Source: a virus
Taxonomy: Duplodnaviria > Caudoviricetes
Length of the DNA: 46,144 nucleotides
Reading direction: 5' to 3' (one strand)
Virus record (IMG/VR): IMGVR_UViG_3300020044_009931
Span: 1-46,144 of that record
Positions 36,928 through 45,854 of the stretch are shown here, one piece after another (positions within the stretch are counted from its first letter, which is position 1; every line of letters starts with the position of its first letter). The notes beneath the pieces are model-generated. The model did not search any database. It saw only the letters and a program-made list of their open reading frames with translations, and was not told where the DNA came from. The position numbers were made by a program, and so were the translations under genes.

Positions 36928-37032
36928 ATGAACGAATTACAAGAATTAAAAACAGTGCAAATAATAATTAATTTCGTCGTGGTTATGGCTATCCTTGCTG
37001 TAGCTGTAACCGTTGGGAGGTATTTAGGATGA
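36928..37032 (+). CDS. 34-aa single-TM peptide (not in ORF track)
   Basis: AAGGAG RBS; 'IIINFVVVMAILAVAVTVG'; ATGA coupling. Confidence 0.6.
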   Translation: MNELQELKTVQIIINFVVVMAILAVAVTVGRYLG

Positions 37033-37226
37033 GAACCTTAGATCGTAGCAGATGGCTTGTAGCTGAATCTAAAGAGTCCATAGACTTGATTCAGGCTGAG
37101 ATGGACAAGCAAGGCGTTACTTATGCCAAGCAGCTAGAAGGAAAGAAAATAGCAATGCTAATAGCTCTTAATAAGCCTTACTCTAATGGCTGCCAAGAGT
37201 TTGACAAGATAATTTTCAGAAAATAA
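37029..37226 (+). CDS. Hypothetical protein
   Basis: GGGAGG RBS. Confidence 0.6.
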   Translation: MRTLDRSRWLVAESKESIDLIQAEMDKQGVTYAKQLEGKKIAMLIALNKPYSNGCQEFDKIIFRK

Positions 37227-37243
37227 AACGGGAGAGAAAAACA

Positions 37244-37576
37244 ATGAAAAATAAAATACTACTATCACTAATATTAATCGGTCAAACTGCACTAGCAACT
37301 GATCTACCCAACATATATATTAAAGAAACACAACTAGCAATCAAGGAACAGTATTTAAGGGAATCTGGTTACAATTTAAAAACGGCTAAGTCTAATTACA
37401 AGGAAGCTAAGACACTCGTAAGGGATGCGAAAGCTGAAATTAAGGCAATGAAAAAAAGCGAAGCTCAAAGCAAGAAAACTCAAATAGCTAGCCATGATTT
37501 TCATTCAGGCATACGTGACCCTTATTACAACGAGCCTTTACTTGCCGAGACTGGGATTAGGAGGGTTGGGAGATGA
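37244..37576 (+). CDS. Secreted protein with signal peptide and basic coiled coil
   Basis: 'MKNKILLSLILIGQTALA'. Confidence 0.6.
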   Translation: MKNKILLSLILIGQTALATDLPNIYIKETQLAIKEQYLRESGYNLKTAKSNYKEAKTLVRDAKAEIKAMKKSEAQSKKTQIASHDFHSGIRDPYYNEPLLAETGIRRVGR

Positions 37577-38010
37577 CCGACATTATCCTAAGCATTCACC
37601 CGAAATGGGCTGAAAAGATTTACAGCGGCGAAAAAACGGTTGAGGTTAGAAAAACAGAACCTAACCGAGAAAGACCTAGATCTGCAGGTGATCCTCTAAT
37701 TTACCTGTACGAAACGGCTCCAATCAAAAAAGTTACAGGACTTGTTTTTTTAACATGGGTAGATAAAGCAGATAAAGAATTATTTGGAAATCCAGAAAAA
37801 TATTTTGCAACGAATTTGAAAAATGCGTGCTTGACAGTTGAGGCATTTGTTAAATATTCTAATGGCAAAAATCTTTATTTTTGGGATTTAAAAGACCCGT
37901 TTAAATTTGACACCCCACAAGACATTAAAGGCTCAGTGCCGCAGTCTTGGAGATACTTAAAAGAAGGAGAGAGATATGCTAAAGCTAAATTGCACTTACG
38001 AGGAATCTAA
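37573..38010 (+). CDS. ASCH domain protein
   Basis: 'ILSIHPKWAEKIYSGEKTVEVRK...IYLYET.P...PQSWRYL'. Confidence 0.88.
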   Translation: MTDIILSIHPKWAEKIYSGEKTVEVRKTEPNRERPRSAGDPLIYLYETAPIKKVTGLVFLTWVDKADKELFGNPEKYFATNLKNACLTVEAFVKYSNGKNLYFWDLKDPFKFDTPQDIKGSVPQSWRYLKEGERYAKAKLHLRGI

Positions 38011-38446
38011 AAAGATTCTTGAATTGGGCTATTATTTTAGTAAAGTTTGCTGGAAAAGCTTGTATGAATATAGGGATCAACACAACTTAGACCGAACGTT
38101 TATTAACATTCATCTTCACGGAACGCACTTATCTTTAACATCTATCGAAGATGAGATAAAGTGCCAAATGAGCAAATATGGAATTATTGATTTAGTTACC
38201 CCAATAATCCCAAAAGCTGCTTTAGAGGCGTGCTTGCCTAAGAAAATAGAATTAACAAAATTTGAGGATTGCAGGTTTATCCATAATTTAGATTTGCAAA
38301 CGATCAGCCTATCTTATTTTTTCGACGACTACTACTCTTGCTACGAAGAGCAAAAAGAGTTTAAATCAGCATTTGAAGCCTTTATATGGTGCCACGAAAA
38401 CTACCCCGAAGAGCTTAAAGCTAAATTTGACGAGGTGATGGCATGA
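37976..38446 (+). CDS. Hypothetical protein
   Basis: AAGGAG RBS; 156 aa. Confidence 0.65.
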   Translation: MLKLNCTYEESKKILELGYYFSKVCWKSLYEYRDQHNLDRTFINIHLHGTHLSLTSIEDEIKCQMSKYGIIDLVTPIIPKAALEACLPKKIELTKFEDCRFIHNLDLQTISLSYFFDDYYSCYEEQKEFKSAFEAFIWCHENYPEELKAKFDEVMA

Positions 38447-38895
38447 TTAATCAATCGTTACTACTATTCATAATCAGCTTAGAAGGTTTCTCTAGCTGTG
38501 CTTACTGGGATGTTAGCCAGTGGTCTAATGGCTTTGGTACTAAGGCCAAGGATAGATGGGAGTGCATAAACAAGACCGAGGCTACATCTAGAATGGTTGA
38601 GCATTTAGAGCTTGATTCTAAGCATGTACTATCATTGTTTCCAAGTGCTAAACAAAATGAACATGACGCACTTGTTAGCTATTGCTATAACTCGGGGCGA
38701 TATGGCTGCACTAAAGCCGTTAAACTTGCTGCTAGTGGCAATAAAGACGGTGCTAGCTGGGTAATGAGACAGAAAGTAAATAAGGGCTTAGCTTCTGAGA
38801 AAGGATTAAAGAAAAGACGAATAGCGGAAGTAGCTCTTTTAAATAAAGAGGATAAGAAAAAGAATTTTACTTGTGTTTATCAGGAGTACAGTTAA
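38443..38895 (+). CDS. Second GH24-like lysozyme
   Basis: 'EGFSSCAYWD..QWSNGFGT', 'QNEHDALVSYCYNSG', 'GLKKRRIAE'. Confidence 0.8.
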   Translation: MINQSLLLFIISLEGFSSCAYWDVSQWSNGFGTKAKDRWECINKTEATSRMVEHLELDSKHVLSLFPSAKQNEHDALVSYCYNSGRYGCTKAVKLAASGNKDGASWVMRQKVNKGLASEKGLKKRRIAEVALLNKEDKKKNFTCVYQEYS

Positions 38896-38896
38896 A

Positions 38897-39079
38897 ATGG
38901 AAAAAGAAAAATTTACCTTCATCACCCCCCAGCAACAAAATGAAGCTATTGAGATATTTATTGATCGTGGCGGAGCGAAAGAAGCTGAAATCACAGAAGA
39001 TGATATTTTAGATTTTATGAAGGAAAATGTTCGTGTTTATTTTAACGATAGGAAGGAAATCGTTGATTTAGAGTGGTAG
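38897..39079 (+). CDS. Small acidic hypothetical protein
   Basis: AGGAG RBS before ATG 38897. Confidence 0.6.
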   Translation: MEKEKFTFITPQQQNEAIEIFIDRGGAKEAEITEDDILDFMKENVRVYFNDRKEIVDLEW

Positions 39080-39160
39080 CAAAAAAATTATATATTTATC
39101 AAGAATATTCTTAACATTAACACAATACTATATGCTACAATGCAATAAGGAAAGGAAATT

Positions 39161-39604
39161 ATGGAAGAAACTTTTAAAATAGACGATATAAAAAGCCTCG
39201 AATGGTATCTAAGAAAGGTTAGGGAATATAATAGCCGCATTGAAACCATTAAATCCCAATCAGAGGCTATGCTTAAAGAAACAGAAGCAAAGCTAGAAAG
39301 TTTAAATAATAGATTTTCAGCAGAGGCAGAAGCCTTTGCGAGAAGTCAAATAGATTTCAGCAAGTCTAAAAACTTAAAGACTTTTCAGGGTACGATTCAG
39401 TTCAAATCTTTAGCTCCAAGTATTAAGGTTTACGATAAAACCCTAGTACCTAAAGAGTTCTTTAAAGAAAAGATTAGCTTAGAGTTAGACAATTCTAAAC
39501 TAAAAGAAGCCATCTTAAAAGATGGTGAAAGTGTCGAAGGCGTGGAAGCAGTACCCGCTTGTGAGAAAATGTATTTGCAATTTGGGGGAAAAGATGGAAA
39601 TTAA
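39161..39604 (+). CDS. Gam/Siphovirus Gp157-like host-nuclease-inhibitor family protein
   Basis: 'FKIDD..SLEWYLRK' Gam-like start; C-terminal 'LVPKEF...LD...LKEAI.KDGE.VEGV' Gp157-like. Confidence 0.7.
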   Translation: MEETFKIDDIKSLEWYLRKVREYNSRIETIKSQSEAMLKETEAKLESLNNRFSAEAEAFARSQIDFSKSKNLKTFQGTIQFKSLAPSIKVYDKTLVPKEFFKEKISLELDNSKLKEAILKDGESVEGVEAVPACEKMYLQFGGKDGN

Positions 39605-39824
39605 AGGGCTAAAAATAGAAACAATTTGGAACGAAGAGGAAGGGGAAAGCCTTTTCACTGTAACCCACGATGAGGTAATCATCGCAGAGGAAGCCACATG
39701 GTCTGAATCTCCAGAAGATGCTACTTTAGACAGAGACTTTAAATGGGTAGAGCCACTGCTACACAAAGTTTATGCACTTGGAAAAAAAGATGGATACCTA
39801 GAAGGTCTTAGGGAGGCTAAATAA
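39594..39824 (+). CDS. Acidic hypothetical protein
   Basis: Internal start MEIKGL; TAATG coupling to the next gene. Confidence 0.55.
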   Translation: MEIKGLKIETIWNEEEGESLFTVTHDEVIIAEEATWSESPEDATLDRDFKWVEPLLHKVYALGKKDGYLEGLREAK

Positions 39825-40597
39825 TGGGCGAATTAATGAAACTAAACGAAACTAAAGAAATGGCTGAACATTTTTTTAAATCGGGAATTTTCCAGGATGT
39901 TAAAGATATGTCAGTGGCTTTGGTTAAAATCCAAGCAGGGCAAGAATTGGGGATTAGTCCAATCATGGCAATGAAGGAAGTTTATTTAATTCCTTCCAAG
40001 GCTGGAGTTAAAATCCAGATCGGGGCAAGCCTGCAAGCTGCAATGATTAAAAAGAGTGGGAAATATGATTATCGAATTGTAGAGCACACTAAAGAGATTT
40101 GTACTATTCATTTCTTTGAAAGAAGGGGCGACAAGTGGGAAAAAATCGGAGACGAAAGCTACACGATTGGAGATGCTAGGGCGGCTGGATTAACAGCAGG
40201 TAAAGACGTTTGGACTAAACACCCCAAGAACATGCTCTTTGCTAGAGCTATGTCAAATGGTGCTAAATGGCACTGTCCTGATGTTTTTGGTGGTGCGATT
40301 TATAACGAATCGGACGAGTTCCCAGAATCGAAGTTTGAGGCTGAGATCGTGGAAGAGAAGCCAGATCACTTAGCTAAGCATTTTGAATTAGAGGAAGAGC
40401 CAAGCGAAGTTTTTACGGCTCTTAAAAAGAAGATGGAGACAGAAGCTTTCACTTTGCTTTCTTTAGATGTTTTTGCTCAGGAGATCGCAGCAAACAAAGA
40501 TTACTTATCTGCTAATGAATTGGCAGAGCTGAGGCAAATTTTTAAAGAAACAAAAACAAGGTTAAACAAAATAGAACAAGGAGAAATAACACTATGA
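39824..40597 (+). CDS. RecT/Red-beta-like single-strand annealing protein
   Basis: 'VKIQAGQELGISP..AM..VY.I', 'WTKHPKNMLFARAMS...CPDV.GG.IY'. Confidence 0.7.
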   Translation: MGELMKLNETKEMAEHFFKSGIFQDVKDMSVALVKIQAGQELGISPIMAMKEVYLIPSKAGVKIQIGASLQAAMIKKSGKYDYRIVEHTKEICTIHFFERRGDKWEKIGDESYTIGDARAAGLTAGKDVWTKHPKNMLFARAMSNGAKWHCPDVFGGAIYNESDEFPESKFEAEIVEEKPDHLAKHFELEEEPSEVFTALKKKMETEAFTLLSLDVFAQEIAANKDYLSANELAELRQIFKETKTRLNKIEQGEITL

Positions 40598-41487
40598 ATA
40601 TTAACGAATTAAGAGAATTTGCGGCACTAAACAAGGAAGGATTAGCAGGCTTTAAGCTATATCTTGCACCAGCAGCTATTACCAAAAACAAAGAGCAAGA
40701 AATTTACAAAGGCTATATTAGTATTAATGATTATCCTTTATATTCAGTTACGGGCTTTAAGTCTTTAGTTAAAGGTATTCAAACAGATAAAGGCGGAGAA
40801 GACGTTATTGACACTCTAACGGGCAAGCCTAAAGAAATAAATATTGGTGACGCTTCTTTACAGTTTGATTCGACTATAGGAGATTTTCAAGAACTTAACG
40901 AGAACGGAAAGCCGATTAGGTTTTATGGAAAAATCATCAGCAATTTATCAAAAGAAAAGCAAGAGCCTTTTACTAGTGCTAAGTTTAAGGGATTTGAATT
41001 AAAGCTTTTAGGTGATACTGTCTTAAAACTTGATATGGGAGGGATGGCTAACGCCACTGGAGCTATCGCTTTAAAATTTGATTCTTATTCTCTTGAGGCT
41101 TACGAATCAAATAAATCTTTTATGAAAGAACTAGGCTCAGATAAAGACCCTGCGGTACTGAAATCTAGATTTGAGCCAGCAGAAGCGGGCTGGAACTGGG
41201 AAGATTTAACCGAGTTTGCTAAAAGCCTTGCTGATAACTTCCCTGAATATCAAGAGTTTATTAAAACTAATTTCCCAAGTTCTAACTTTGAGAAGAGACT
41301 TGCAAATATCAATGAAAAAGCTCAGTCTATTCTTGATAAAGTTCAAGCTAGAAAAAGCGGGGTATCTCAGCTTAATGCTAAACAAAAGGCTGTTGCTACT
41401 CAAGGACAATTAGATTTAGCTAGGGATAATTTCATGAAAGCCAGGGCATCAGGAACAGCAGTAGAGACCGAGGAGATACCGTTCTAA
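40594..41487 (+). CDS. Putative single-stranded DNA-binding protein
   Basis: Follows the recombinase; ends in the SSB-type acidic tip 'EEIPF'. Confidence 0.5.
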   Translation: MNINELREFAALNKEGLAGFKLYLAPAAITKNKEQEIYKGYISINDYPLYSVTGFKSLVKGIQTDKGGEDVIDTLTGKPKEINIGDASLQFDSTIGDFQELNENGKPIRFYGKIISNLSKEKQEPFTSAKFKGFELKLLGDTVLKLDMGGMANATGAIALKFDSYSLEAYESNKSFMKELGSDKDPAVLKSRFEPAEAGWNWEDLTEFAKSLADNFPEYQEFIKTNFPSSNFEKRLANINEKAQSILDKVQARKSGVSQLNAKQKAVATQGQLDLARDNFMKARASGTAVETEEIPF

Positions 41488-41777
41488 TGAAACTAAACAG
41501 TGATATGAGATGTCTAATCGAAACTCTTTTTAATAGAGTTATGGATTTCAACGAAAACTCAAAAGTTGAAAAAGCGGCAATCCACATTACCGAAAAAGGG
41601 ATATACCTATTTTTTAATTTTGACCACTGGGAAGATGAATCAGGGATTTGGGCGACTACTGAAAAGCAACTAGCCGAGATGATTTCTTGGCTAGATGAAA
41701 AAATAGCCATCATTGAGAAGGACGAAATAGACCCTAAAGCCGAGGCTCAGAGAGAATTAGACAGGGAGCAGATTTAA
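41487..41777 (+). CDS. Hypothetical protein
   Basis: TAATG coupling; GAGGAG RBS. Confidence 0.6.
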   Translation: MKLNSDMRCLIETLFNRVMDFNENSKVEKAAIHITEKGIYLFFNFDHWEDESGIWATTEKQLAEMISWLDEKIAIIEKDEIDPKAEAQRELDREQI

Positions 41778-41944
41778 TGGAAATAATGGCAGAAATAACA
41801 ACAGGAATACTAATATTTCTTCTTGGCTTCATTTGTAGCATGTCAATAGCGACCTATCAAGTAGATACGGCTTTAAAAATAATGGACAGGATGATCGACA
41901 GTGCTGAGAAAGCAAACAAAGCTCTTGAGGAGGTGATCAAGTGA
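41777..41944 (+). CDS. 55-aa TM peptide (not in ORF track)
   Basis: 'GILIFLLGFICSMSIA'; coupled at both ends. Confidence 0.6.
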   Translation: MEIMAEITTGILIFLLGFICSMSIATYQVDTALKIMDRMIDSAEKANKALEEVIK

Positions 41945-42234
41945 AAAAAGTTAGAATAATTAATCTAGAAATTGGCTCAGTTGATAAGTATAAAGTCAAA
42001 AATAATAAGCTTCCTGATAATTTTTTGACGGTTTTAATTGCCCGATACAAAGCAGGCGAAATTAAACCGATATACAAGAAAGTTGAAAAACAAGACAGAA
42101 TACGCCACGGACTAACAGCTACTGATGAGGAATGGCGTTTTCTAGGAATGGAAGCCTTAAGAAAAGGCGTTAAAATTGGAGAAGAAGGGAGGGCTGGATT
42201 GGTTAGAGCTTTAATTAATGGAGATGAGAAGTAA
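41941..42234 (+). CDS. Basic protein, possible RHH-type DNA-binding C-terminus
   Basis: GAGGAGG RBS; 'RIRHGLTATDEEW...AGLVRALI'. Confidence 0.55.
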   Translation: MKKVRIINLEIGSVDKYKVKNNKLPDNFLTVLIARYKAGEIKPIYKKVEKQDRIRHGLTATDEEWRFLGMEALRKGVKIGEEGRAGLVRALINGDEK

Positions 42235-42449
42235 TGCAAGTAGAAATAAATGAAGTGTACGAATTAATAGAAGAGTTAGCAAATAATGCCATGAAGCAAA
42301 ACGATGTAAGGAATCTAGCCGCTTTGCTTGCTATCGGTAATGTAGTAAGAACTCTTGAGAAAATTAACACAGATCAGGAACAATGCTTAAGTCGTGCAGA
42401 AAATATCATCAAGCTGTATCAGTGCTTGAGATTGGAGGTGCAGGAATGA
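42234..42449 (+). CDS. Hypothetical protein
   Basis: GGAG RBS; coupled. Confidence 0.6.
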   Translation: MQVEINEVYELIEELANNAMKQNDVRNLAALLAIGNVVRTLEKINTDQEQCLSRAENIIKLYQCLRLEVQE

Positions 42450-42568
42450 ACTTGCTTGTTACGATTACTTTATTAATTATTATTGTTTGGGGATTTCCCC
42501 TTGTCGTTCTTTTTAGAAAAATTTATAAAGAATTAAAATTATGCAAAAAAATAACTTCAAAAAAATAG
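42446..42568 (+). CDS. 40-aa single-TM peptide
   Basis: GGAGG upstream; 'LLVTITLLIIIVWGFPLVVLF'. Confidence 0.5.
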   Translation: MNLLVTITLLIIIVWGFPLVVLFRKIYKELKLCKKITSKK

Positions 42569-43545
42569 TCTTAATAGTTTTCGTTTTGTATTTTGCATTA
42601 GCAGCTATACTTGCTTTAATTGTGTTACCTAGCAGTGGAGCGAACAAGCTGCCCTACCTAACAGGACTTTACGCTCAGTCTACTTCTCAAAACTATGTCA
42701 TTGACACAGACTACGGTTTAGAGAATAGAGACAGATTGAGGAATTTTATTTTAACTTATCAACCTAATGCAGTAATCACAGAAGAACAGACAGCAGACTC
42801 TTACCAAGAAGGCAAAAAGATATTTGTTTATGCTGATAGCCTTATTGGCAGATCTGGGTATGCTTATTTTGCTGGTGAATCTGCCATAGACATAAGCAAT
42901 AGAATGCAAAATTACAGCAGCATGGTAGTCATATCAGCAGATAGTTTTTGGACTCAAGTCCATGAGTGGGGGCATGGATATTTAGGGCATGAAGATTGTA
43001 ATTATCGCTGGATTAAATTTCAAGGCATTTGGAGAAGAACCCAAGAGTATGATTATGGGAATATAGCAGCTTGTGGAATTATGGCTTATGGCTCAACCAG
43101 CTTTACACCAGTGGATGACTGGGATTTTAGAAGAGTATCGGGTCAAGTAGTCCAGAAGGCTAGGGTTAAAGGAACTATCACTATTAATAATCTTCCTTTA
43201 AAGGGTGCTAATCTAATTTTCATTTCTCAGGCTAAAACTTTTAAGCCCACTTGGAGAGTTTTAAATCAGAGATTTTCTACTATCGTGGATATTCTAGGAG
43301 ATGGCGACGGCAGCTTTGAGATTGAGTTACCGCCTGATTCCTACAGAGTTATGCTTGTTCCTATTGGGGATTACGATAGAGATACCCACGGCAAGTGGAG
43401 GCTAGAGGATTCGCAGATTAAGGACGTTACGGAGCCTTTGTTTCTAAATGGAAAAAGAGTTAAGTTTATTTTAAACCCAAACTCAGAAGGGATTTTAACT
43501 TTAACTAACGGGCAGGATACGAGTTTTAATTGGAGGATTGAATGA
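42541..43545 (+). CDS. Membrane-anchored/secreted metzincin-like Zn protease with C-terminal beta-sandwich
   Basis: N-terminal TM; 'HEWGHGYLGH'; Met-turn-like 'GIMAY'; 'VKGTIT...PLKGA...DGSFEIELPPDSYRV'. Confidence 0.7.
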   Translation: MQKNNFKKIVLIVFVLYFALAAILALIVLPSSGANKLPYLTGLYAQSTSQNYVIDTDYGLENRDRLRNFILTYQPNAVITEEQTADSYQEGKKIFVYADSLIGRSGYAYFAGESAIDISNRMQNYSSMVVISADSFWTQVHEWGHGYLGHEDCNYRWIKFQGIWRRTQEYDYGNIAACGIMAYGSTSFTPVDDWDFRRVSGQVVQKARVKGTITINNLPLKGANLIFISQAKTFKPTWRVLNQRFSTIVDILGDGDGSFEIELPPDSYRVMLVPIGDYDRDTHGKWRLEDSQIKDVTEPLFLNGKRVKFILNPNSEGILTLTNGQDTSFNWRIE

Positions 43546-43727
43546 AATACAGAGTAGAGATAGACGGACACACCATAACGACTCAATATGCAATTGTTGA
43601 AGCAGAATCAGAAGAAGAAGCTATAGCTATTTTCAACAAGGGCAAATTAGGTTTAGATTATGAGTTCGATTTTGAAGATTTTGAGATAGCACAACAAGCT
43701 GAACCAGTTGCTTGGGAGGTAGAGTAA
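43542..43727 (+). CDS. Small acidic phage protein
   Basis: 'VEAESEEEA' motif common in small phage proteins. Confidence 0.65.
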   Translation: MKYRVEIDGHTITTQYAIVEAESEEEAIAIFNKGKLGLDYEFDFEDFEIAQQAEPVAWEVE

Positions 43728-43921
43728 TGAAAAAACCAGAGCTAATTAAATCTAGAGTATTAACAGTCGAAACGGAAAGAGAATTCAGGAAAATAAAACA
43801 ACTTTTTCCTTTTATTATCCCTATTCGGTATAACGAATATTTAGAACTTAGATTGCCCCTTGGAGCATTTATAGATGTCAATGATAAAGGTTTTAACATA
43901 GTGAGGCTAAAAACAAAATGA
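43727..43921 (+). CDS. Hypothetical protein
   Basis: GGGAGG RBS; TAATG coupling. Confidence 0.55.
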   Translation: MKKPELIKSRVLTVETEREFRKIKQLFPFIIPIRYNEYLELRLPLGAFIDVNDKGFNIVRLKTK

Positions 43922-44142
43922 GCTTAAAGATTTTTTATGACCCTGTAGTAGATGATGAAGGCGTAATTATCGGGATTCAGCTTGTACTAGAACATAAAGG
44001 TAAATACCTTTCTGTTGAAGATTGGGGGAATAATAAATTTTATTTTTATGATGAGGCCACAGAAGAAGAAGCTGTAATCGACATAACGAAACAAGAGAAT
44101 TTAAATAAAATTAATAATTTAATTAAGAAGGTATTAGAATGA
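43918..44142 (+). CDS. Hypothetical protein
   Basis: ATGA coupling. Confidence 0.6.
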   Translation: MSLKIFYDPVVDDEGVIIGIQLVLEHKGKYLSVEDWGNNKFYFYDEATEEEAVIDITKQENLNKINNLIKKVLE

Positions 44143-44714
44143 CCATAACACACTTAAACTTTGAAGGCATTAAAGTAATAGGGATTGACCCAGGTTTGAA
44201 AGGCGGCATCTGTTTTTTAGAGGGTTTTGTTATTCAAGATTTAATCAGAATGCCTATTGCTAAACTTGAAACCAAAACTAAAAAGAAAGTTAAAGAGATG
44301 ACGGCTAAAGAAAAGAAACTTCACAAGGCTAAAAAGCCTGTCTTTAAAACTAAAACTATTGTAAATTCAAAAGCAGTCTATGATTTAATTCTAGAATTTG
44401 AACCTGATTTAGTGGTTATCGAAAAACCTTTTTATCTAGGTATCAATAGTGCTGTTGTAGTAGGTACTACTGCTGAAAACGTAGGCAGGCTATATGGGAT
44501 TGTAGAGGGGCTAGGGCATAAAATTCTTAGAGTACCAGCGAATAGCTGGAAGGGATATTTTGATATAGATGTCGATAAAGAAGAAGCTATTACCAAAGCA
44601 GAAGAGCTTTACCCGTCAGTTAATTTAATCCCGCCTCGGTGTAGAGAGAAACAAGATGGGCTTGCAGAGGCTTTGTTATTGGCTAGGTATGGATTGGAGA
44701 AAATGAAATGCTAA
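44139..44714 (+). CDS. ruvC: RuvC-like Holliday junction resolvase
   Basis: 'VIGIDPGLKGG', 'VVIEKP', 'PANSWK', 'DGLAEALLLA'. Confidence 0.88.
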   Translation: MTITHLNFEGIKVIGIDPGLKGGICFLEGFVIQDLIRMPIAKLETKTKKKVKEMTAKEKKLHKAKKPVFKTKTIVNSKAVYDLILEFEPDLVVIEKPFYLGINSAVVVGTTAENVGRLYGIVEGLGHKILRVPANSWKGYFDIDVDKEEAITKAEELYPSVNLIPPRCREKQDGLAEALLLARYGLEKMKC

Positions 44715-44941
44715 TTGAAAAATTTAAAGAAAAACTAAAAGAAATTACAGAGCCAAGTTTAAAGCTTAATGCGATTAAGGCTTACCTAAGTAAGCACTTA
44801 GAAAGCTTTGTAGAAGCGATGATAACCACAGGCTCTAGCGACCACATGAAAAAGATTGATGAGACTTATAAATATAACTCGAACGGCTATCAGTTCGAGA
44901 TTAGTATTAAGTTTGAGAAAGATTTGGGGTTCAAGAAATGA
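44708..44941 (+). CDS. Hypothetical protein
   Basis: GGAG RBS; 77 aa. Confidence 0.6.
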   Translation: MLIEKFKEKLKEITEPSLKLNAIKAYLSKHLESFVEAMITTGSSDHMKKIDETYKYNSNGYQFEISIKFEKDLGFKK

Positions 44942-45099
44942 AAGCACGAGATCATTTTAACGCAATGCTGCAAGGGTCTTTAATTATGGGGCTAGATAGG
45001 GCTTATGGAGAAGACCCCGTAATGGGCTGGGTAACTAAATCACTTTTAATTATGTTATTTGTTGCTTTTTTATACGTGAATTTAAAAGGAGACGAATGA
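44938..45099 (+). CDS. 53-aa membrane peptide MKARDHF... (not in ORF track)
   Basis: ATGA-coupled at both ends; its 3' end equals window positions 1-35. Confidence 0.6.
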   Translation: MKARDHFNAMLQGSLIMGLDRAYGEDPVMGWVTKSLLIMLFVAFLYVNLKGDE

Positions 45100-45296
45100 G
45101 ATTTTTAATTAACTTTATAAAAGCATTAGCGGTTTTTGTTGGTTATGGATTAGGCACATATTTAATTTTTGAGCTTTTAAAGACTTATGCCGCTTCATTT
45201 ATGCCCTATTTGATTTGGGTACTTTTCGGGCTTTTAGTTATTTGTATTTGTGCTTTAGCCGCTTCTTGGGCTTGTCATGTGGAGGGGACGAAATGA
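45096..45296 (+). CDS. Two-TM small membrane protein
   Basis: AAGGAG RBS; two hydrophobic stretches. Confidence 0.65.
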   Translation: MRFLINFIKALAVFVGYGLGTYLIFELLKTYAASFMPYLIWVLFGLLVICICALAASWACHVEGTK

Positions 45297-45454
45297 GTAA
45301 AGAATTTCTACTACAAACTATATTTTGTTTTTTAATAACTTGGCTTTGTAGCTATGCCCTATCGGGAGAACCTTGGCTTAGTTGTAGTATCGCTGCCTTG
45401 ATGGCGATGACTTCTATCATTGTTTATTGCATTGACAAAAAGGGCAAGAAATGA
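45293..45454 (+). CDS. Two-TM small membrane protein (paralog of the C-terminus of 45451-45840)
   Basis: GGAGG RBS; 'MSKEFLLQTI...EPWLS'. Confidence 0.65.
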   Translation: MSKEFLLQTIFCFLITWLCSYALSGEPWLSCSIAALMAMTSIIVYCIDKKGKK

Positions 45455-45840
45455 AACCAGAAGATTTAGTTTTAGGAAAAGTTTACGTTTATGATAATAC
45501 GGAATGTTTAGTTTTCGATAAGTTCCCATCGTCAGGATGTTTTGGGCTTGAGACTTTTAAATTTCAAACAGTAGGAGTACCGAACCCTAAGCCGAGATGG
45601 TTAAATGCCGAAGCTGTTAATGACTTAATCACTGAGCTTGAAATCGAAAAACCAGAAGTATCTAATTTCGGACAGGTGAATGGCTGCATGACTAAAGAAC
45701 TTGTACTGCAAACCATAGCTATGTTTTTATTGGCGTGGCTTTACTGCTACGCCTTTTCAAAAGAACCTTGGCTTAGTGTTATTACCGCCACCTTCATGGC
45801 ATTACTTTCTGTTATCAGTTATTACTTTAGAAAAAAATAG
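45451..45840 (+). CDS. Homolog of the N-domain of 32-475 fused to a two-TM domain
   Basis: 'DLVLGKVY.Y...VFDKFP...ELEIEKPEVSNF' then 'MTKELVLQTI...EPWLS'. Confidence 0.7.
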   Translation: MKPEDLVLGKVYVYDNTECLVFDKFPSSGCFGLETFKFQTVGVPNPKPRWLNAEAVNDLITELEIEKPEVSNFGQVNGCMTKELVLQTIAMFLLAWLYCYAFSKEPWLSVITATFMALLSVISYYFRKK

Positions 45841-45854
45841 TATATAATTTTTTT

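Noticed and set aside
33048-43899. Minus-strand ORFs in the early arm (33048, 33268, 35920, 36020, 39515, 41206, 41432, 41937, 43371, 43633) and alternative-frame 41216
   Set aside because: Shadows of coupled plus-strand genes.
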